Origin: Ostreococcus lucimarinus
Taxonomy: Eukaryota
Assembly (NCBI GenBank): GCA_000092065.1
Contig: CP000598.1
Direction: 5' to 3' (one strand)
DNA length: 64,000 nt
A program made the position numbers and the translations under genes. The notes under the pieces were generated by a model that saw only the letters and a list, made by a program, of their open reading frames with translations, had not been told where the DNA came from and did no database searches. Below are positions 60,260 through 64,000 of the stretch, piece after piece. How positions within the stretch are numbered: position 1 is the first letter of the stretch; each line of letters begins with the position of its first letter.

Positions 60260-61267
60260 CTAAAAGCATGACATGTCTCGCTGCCCAGATACATCGCACT
60301 CCTGTTGAAAGTATTTCTCCCAAAGCTCTTTGTGAGGTGTGTATCGACACCAAGGTTTCGACTGACCTGACCAATGGAGAACTCTCGCTTCATTCAGTAC
60401 CGACGCTCTAAGCCCTTTTTTGTAGCCGACTCCATCAACATTCCAATGCGATGGAATTGACTCGAAGGAATCGCCAAACACTAGCAACAAGGGAGGCTGA
60501 CTTCCATGGCTATATAATTTCGACACTGAGTTCATCTTCAACCAAGTCTCTACAGTTGAAGTAATTCTCTTACGCCGCCAGCTTTCAAGGTCGATTAGGA
60601 GTACCCCGGCATTGAAAGAATGCATTTTTTCACGAAGACCTGACGATTTTACCGCCGCATTTGAGAAATTGAGCAGACTACCGAGGGGGACACTTCGCTT
60701 CACAGCAGCAATGACAGATGTTGAAGACGAACGTAAATTTGCGTCATGTAACCTGCATATGTCACCTTTGACAATAATGTCAGTATCCAGATAGACTACT
60801 TTCTGGACGTCTGATAATATTTCTGCAAAGTAGAAGCGGGCATAGTTGAAAGCGTTTTGCAGCCTCCACTCTTTTCTGCTGTGTACAGTTATATTAGCTC
60901 GAATCATATCTTTGGAAAATTCGTGTAGTTCCCAGATGAAGGGTATTGCTCGGCTGTAGCAATTCAATTGCACACTAGCATCAGTGAGAGCATCGCGTGC
61001 AGTGAAGATGTGAAACCGTATCCGATGAGGTGACGCGGTGGCCGAAAGCACTGAACTGATCACAGGCCCTAACGTAAATAACTGAGTAGGATCGCAGGCA
61101 AATGCTATGTGAACCAGGGACTGAGCGTTCGGTATCTTTCTCCGAGGAAACACACGTATTAGAACGAACACGAAAAGCAAAATTCGACATATCGTGATGC
61201 TCGTGCGTGCGACTCTCACCGTATTGTTGAACCTAATAGAGGGGCGCAACATGTATGACAGTTTCAC
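60260..61267 (-). CDS. glycosyltransferase family 8, GATL/GAUT-like (putative galacturonosyltransferase)
   Basis: 'NYARFYFAEILSDVQKVVYLDTDIIVKGDI' is the DxD motif. 'FNAGVLLIDLESWRR' and 'ARVLHWSGQSKPW' match the plant GATL/GAUT GT8 core. The anchor is 'ICRILLFVFVLI'. Confidence 0.8.
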   Translation of the reverse strand: MKLSYMLRPSIRFNNTVRVARTSITICRILLFVFVLIRVFPRRKIPNAQSLVHIAFACDPTQLFTLGPVISSVLSATASPHRIRFHIFTARDALTDASVQLNCYSRAIPFIWELHEFSKDMIRANITVHSRKEWRLQNAFNYARFYFAEILSDVQKVVYLDTDIIVKGDICRLHDANLRSSSTSVIAAVKRSVPLGSLLNFSNAAVKSSGLREKMHSFNAGVLLIDLESWRRKRITSTVETWLKMNSVSKLYSHGSQPPLLLVFGDSFESIPSHWNVDGVGYKKGLRASVLNEARVLHWSGQSKPWCRYTPHKELWEKYFQQECDVSGQRDMSCF

Positions 61268-62204
61268 GTCAGGTTTGACGTTTCAAGTCGTCCACTGCTG
61301 TAGCCGAACCATGCTGAGCTCAAGTCCACGAGCGTGGCCGAATCTCGCCTGAACGTAGTTTCGCTTTAGATGTCTTTCCAAACACTGCTTTACTAGAAGC
61401 CTTCGACACCGTCAGATTCTGCGGTCGATGTAGTAGAAGATCGGAGCGAACAAATAGAAAAGAAAGGGCAATATAAGAGGGTGCGCAACATTCAGTTCAT
61501 TGAATTCATTCAATTGAACCAATCAATTGACCTTTCAACGTTTTGTCTCTCACCTCGGATCCACCTGGATCTGACGTCGTGAACAGATCGTTCGGATTCT
61601 CGTGGGTGTCGGCTTCGAAGGGCATGAACCCTATCGATAGTGCGCCACCCCGAGCTGTGTTGTACCTCATGTATGTTAGATTTCTCAGTTTACGCTCGGC
61701 GGCATAGCGTCATACCGTTCTTTATAGAGCCACTTGTAGATTTAATGTTGTCTGTCCCTTACAATGATGTACACCCTGAGCATGTTGAATGTGCCAGATA
61801 GGGTCAATCACATCGCTCAAGAAGCTAGTACAGAACGTTGATCATGATGAGCCGGAAGTATATTTTTCTGGTGAAGTGATATCACTGGGCAGTATCACTG
61901 GCGGCAAGCACAGTGCTGAATGGTCAGTACCCTTCGGAGAAACTCTAGATATATATTTTAATTCGCGATTCTAACGTTGCCGTGGGAAGTCTTGAATTTT
62001 CAGTCTCTATACCGCTCGCATCGATCCAGGAGCGTTTATGGCGGTTGTAAATGTGCCACTTTCTGGTGGTCTTGTCAACAAGGATCCATGTTTGGCTGCA
62101 AAACCCAAGCACAGTCACTGTCCGATCACCGTCCGATATCCCATCTAGCGTCTGGTATCCTCCTTTGACAAGCGCAGAAACGTTTCTCGTAGACCGTTGT
62201 CTAT

Positions 62205-62621
62205 TTATGAAGCCATTTCCATGGCGACTGACAGCATGACAAATCTGGAGTACTGGCTTTTAAGTCCATTCATGGGCATAAACACCAACAGCTCGCCGAG
62301 TGGAATTTTATAAGGCACGGTCATCCAAAACGGTTTATCTTCAGCCTGCATGTATCTCAAGCCCACACGTATACCATCAGAGTTTGCTTTCGGACCGACG
62401 TCGCGCAGCAGCTCTCTCGCCCACGTTGACAGATCGAAGCGTCTACTATCCGTGACTTGGTTTGTGAACGTTTGAGAGTCGACTCGAACCCGTCGATCGC
62501 TTTGAGCAGCTCGTGCGTACTCTCGCACCACCAGCAACGCGCTCACGACGGTGAAAATCTTAGCAGCGGCAATATATTTTCGAGTTGCGCACATTTTCTG
62601 GGCTGCTGTGACGAGTGACAT
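62205..62621 (-). CDS. hypothetical secreted or membrane protein (possibly the first exon of a longer gene)
   Basis: A 138-aa ORF with the signal-anchor-like 'IAAAKIFTVVSALLVV'. No family recognised. Confidence 0.25.
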   Translation of the reverse strand: MSLVTAAQKMCATRKYIAAAKIFTVVSALLVVREYARAAQSDRRVRVDSQTFTNQVTDSRRFDLSTWARELLRDVGPKANSDGIRVGLRYMQAEDKPFWMTVPYKIPLGELLVFMPMNGLKSQYSRFVMLSVAMEMAS

Positions 62622-62640
62622 CAGAATCTACAGGCGAAGC

Positions 62641-62700
62641 TCGCACCGTCTAAGTGCGTCGATAAGTGATGTCGATTACGAGTATGAGGGATAATGACTC
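62641..62700 (-). mobile_element. diverged LTR-related fragment
   Basis: 'ctaagtgcgtcgataagtgatgtcgattacgag' is similar to the 'ctagtgcgtcgataagtgatgatgattacaagg' of the copia-family LTR. Confidence 0.3.
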
Positions 62701-63177
62701 ATGAGATGAACCCAATCCCGCATTACACTGGTGCTAATGTTAGATAATCTATGAGAAACCTTGGGTTTATGAGTCGCGATGGTTGCCGCGCGAGCTTGTC
62801 CGATGCTGACTCATACACGCTAAGTCTATATGTAGGTCTAGGTCGTGTAGTATAGACATAGGCGTTAGAACCACTATAATACGGGATTGGCTTCATTCAT
62901 GTGCTTATCTCTCATCACATGCCATGGGATTTTGACTCGTTCAGAGCAACATCAGTAGGGTTTCAGTGACCGTTCATGACTCAATAAATCGTTGACCAGT
63001 CATAACTCGCCAACAGGGACTGTGCCGAGACGCCGAGCTCCCTGCGTCGCCATCGCGGCAGACGTCGCCTCCCCGCGCGACGACGGCGGGGGGGGGACGG
63101 CGCCAACGCGGCGCGGGACGCCGTCGCTGCGACGTGAGAGTCGCGACGACTCGTCAAACCCGGCCGCGACGTGATAT

Positions 63178-63837
63178 ATGCAGCCGGAAGATGCCGGGGA
63201 AGGGGTGACGGTGCCCTCCCAGGTTGGCGATGACGCGCTCGGAATCGTCCCCGTCGACGAGTACGAGACGGTGTTTTCGTTTCCAACCGTCGGAAAGGAC
63301 TCTGAGCTGTGTGTTACGCGATGTCACGGGTTCTGGCTGACATTTTACGTGGACGATACTCGCTCTGTCAGTGGCCAAGGCCCGCGAGCGAACAAAACCA
63401 AGTACGCCAGGAGCATGCGAGCTTTCAAGGTGCGAGCTTCCAAGCGCGATCCGCCGAAGTTTTTCGTATCGACACCGCCTGCGGGATTGTTCTCACATCG
63501 AGATATCGTTTGGCAATGTGATGTTCAGTGGCCTTACGAGAAAAGCGCGAGTAATTGGCTGCACGCCGTGATCCCGGCGGAGAGGTTGCTAGATTTCCGA
63601 CGCGGCGTGCAGTGCGACGCCGCCACAGAGTTCCGCGTTTATTCTAGATACAAGAAAGGGAGGGGAACAAACAGCGTGGGGTCATTATACACGAATATAA
63701 CCATCTGGCATTGCTTTTGTGGTCCTGAAGACCATTCGGTTGATGCCAAGGAAAAGTTTGCCAAGCTCTGCAGCGGGAAGGCGAAGCGCATCTCGAGAAA
63801 GGTGGGCTGTCAATGTCGTTTAGGGTTTAGGGTTTAG
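63178..63837 (+). CDS. hypothetical protein, 3'-truncated by the telomere (the in-frame stop is supplied by the telomeric repeats)
   Basis: A 219-aa ORF of unknown family. The frame reads into (TTTAGGG)n as ...LGFRV* with no native stop codon or 3' UTR. Confidence 0.35.
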   Translation: MQPEDAGEGVTVPSQVGDDALGIVPVDEYETVFSFPTVGKDSELCVTRCHGFWLTFYVDDTRSVSGQGPRANKTKYARSMRAFKVRASKRDPPKFFVSTPPAGLFSHRDIVWQCDVQWPYEKSASNWLHAVIPAERLLDFRRGVQCDAATEFRVYSRYKKGRGTNSVGSLYTNITIWHCFCGPEDHSVDAKEKFAKLCSGKAKRISRKVGCQCRLGFRV

Positions 63838-64000
63838 GGTTTAGGGTTTAGGGTTTAGGGTTTAGGGTTTAGGGTTTAGGGTTTAGGGTTTAGGGTTTAG
63901 GGTTTAGGGTTTAGGGTTTAGGGTTTAGGGTTTAGGGTTTAGGGTTTAGGGTTTAGGGTTTAGGGTTTAGGGTTTAGGGTTTAGGGTTTAGGGTTTAGGG
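63819..64000 (+). repeat. telomere: about 26 x TTTAGGG (plant/green-algal type), G-rich strand running 5'->3' to the window end
   Basis: Perfect tandem heptamers from 63819 to the end of the window. Confidence 0.95.

Noticed and set aside
63819-64000. Regular 7-bp tandem array considered as a possible CRISPR or satellite
   Set aside because: The unit is TTTAGGG with no spacers and terminates the sequence. This is a canonical telomere, not a CRISPR array.
1-64000. Giant-virus, endogenous-viral-element or prokaryotic origin suggested by the bacterial-type enzymes (WecB epimerase, BCCT, FkbM, GIY-YIG)
   Set aside because: A telomere, a spliceosomal intron, a SHAQKYF Myb factor, copia retroelements and uniform type II Golgi anchors point to a eukaryotic nuclear chromosome. 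Individual genes may still be of horizontal origin.

Overview
This is a eukaryotic nuclear chromosome end, not a prokaryotic or viral contig. The + strand finishes in about 26 tandem TTTAGGG telomere repeats (63819..64000). One gene has a GT..AG spliceosomal intron. The window holds a SHAQKYF-type Myb factor, a DNMT-type cytosine methyltransferase and Ty1/copia retroelement remnants. Genes are densely packed and almost all intronless. Base composition alternates between very GC-rich blocks (about 65-70%, CpG-rich codons such as GAC/GCG/TCG/ACG/CGC; roughly 4.8-15.9 kb, 38.2-39.5 kb, 50.1-55.8 kb) and GC-poor blocks (about 45%; roughly 16-37 kb, 39.5-50 kb, 55.8-62.9 kb). The GC-rich block near the left end carries housekeeping-type genes: a BCCT transporter, the Myb factor, a DUF218 protein and the C5-MTase with reader-like domains. 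The distal roughly 45 kb is a subtelomeric glycosylation island. It encodes nucleotide-sugar synthesis enzymes (UDP-glucose 6-dehydrogenase, UDP-glucuronate 4-epimerase, a GMD/RMD-like dehydratase, a UDP/dTDP-glucose 4,6-dehydratase, a UDP-GlcNAc 2-epimerase). It encodes two Golgi nucleotide-sugar transporters, one fused to a STELLO-like glycosyltransferase. It also encodes at least ten type-II-membrane glycosyltransferases (GT8, GT11-like, GT17, GT32, GT61, GT90, fucosyltransferase-like and GT64-like domains), five FkbM-family methyltransferases and a sulfotransferase-like protein. The island is structurally unstable. It contains a palindromic, truncated copia element, a solo LTR with a 5-bp target-site duplication inserted into a long palindrome, segmental duplications, at least five gene fragments or pseudogenes, and an in-frame microduplication. 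A telomere is added directly onto an open reading frame. As an inference, the GC mosaic, TTTAGGG telomere, CpG-rich codon usage and the glycosyltransferase and methyltransferase content fit the hypervariable low-GC 'small outlier chromosome' of Mamiellophyceae picoalgae (Ostreococcus, Micromonas, Bathycoccus), which has been implicated in surface-glycan-based virus resistance. This assignment cannot be confirmed without a database search.
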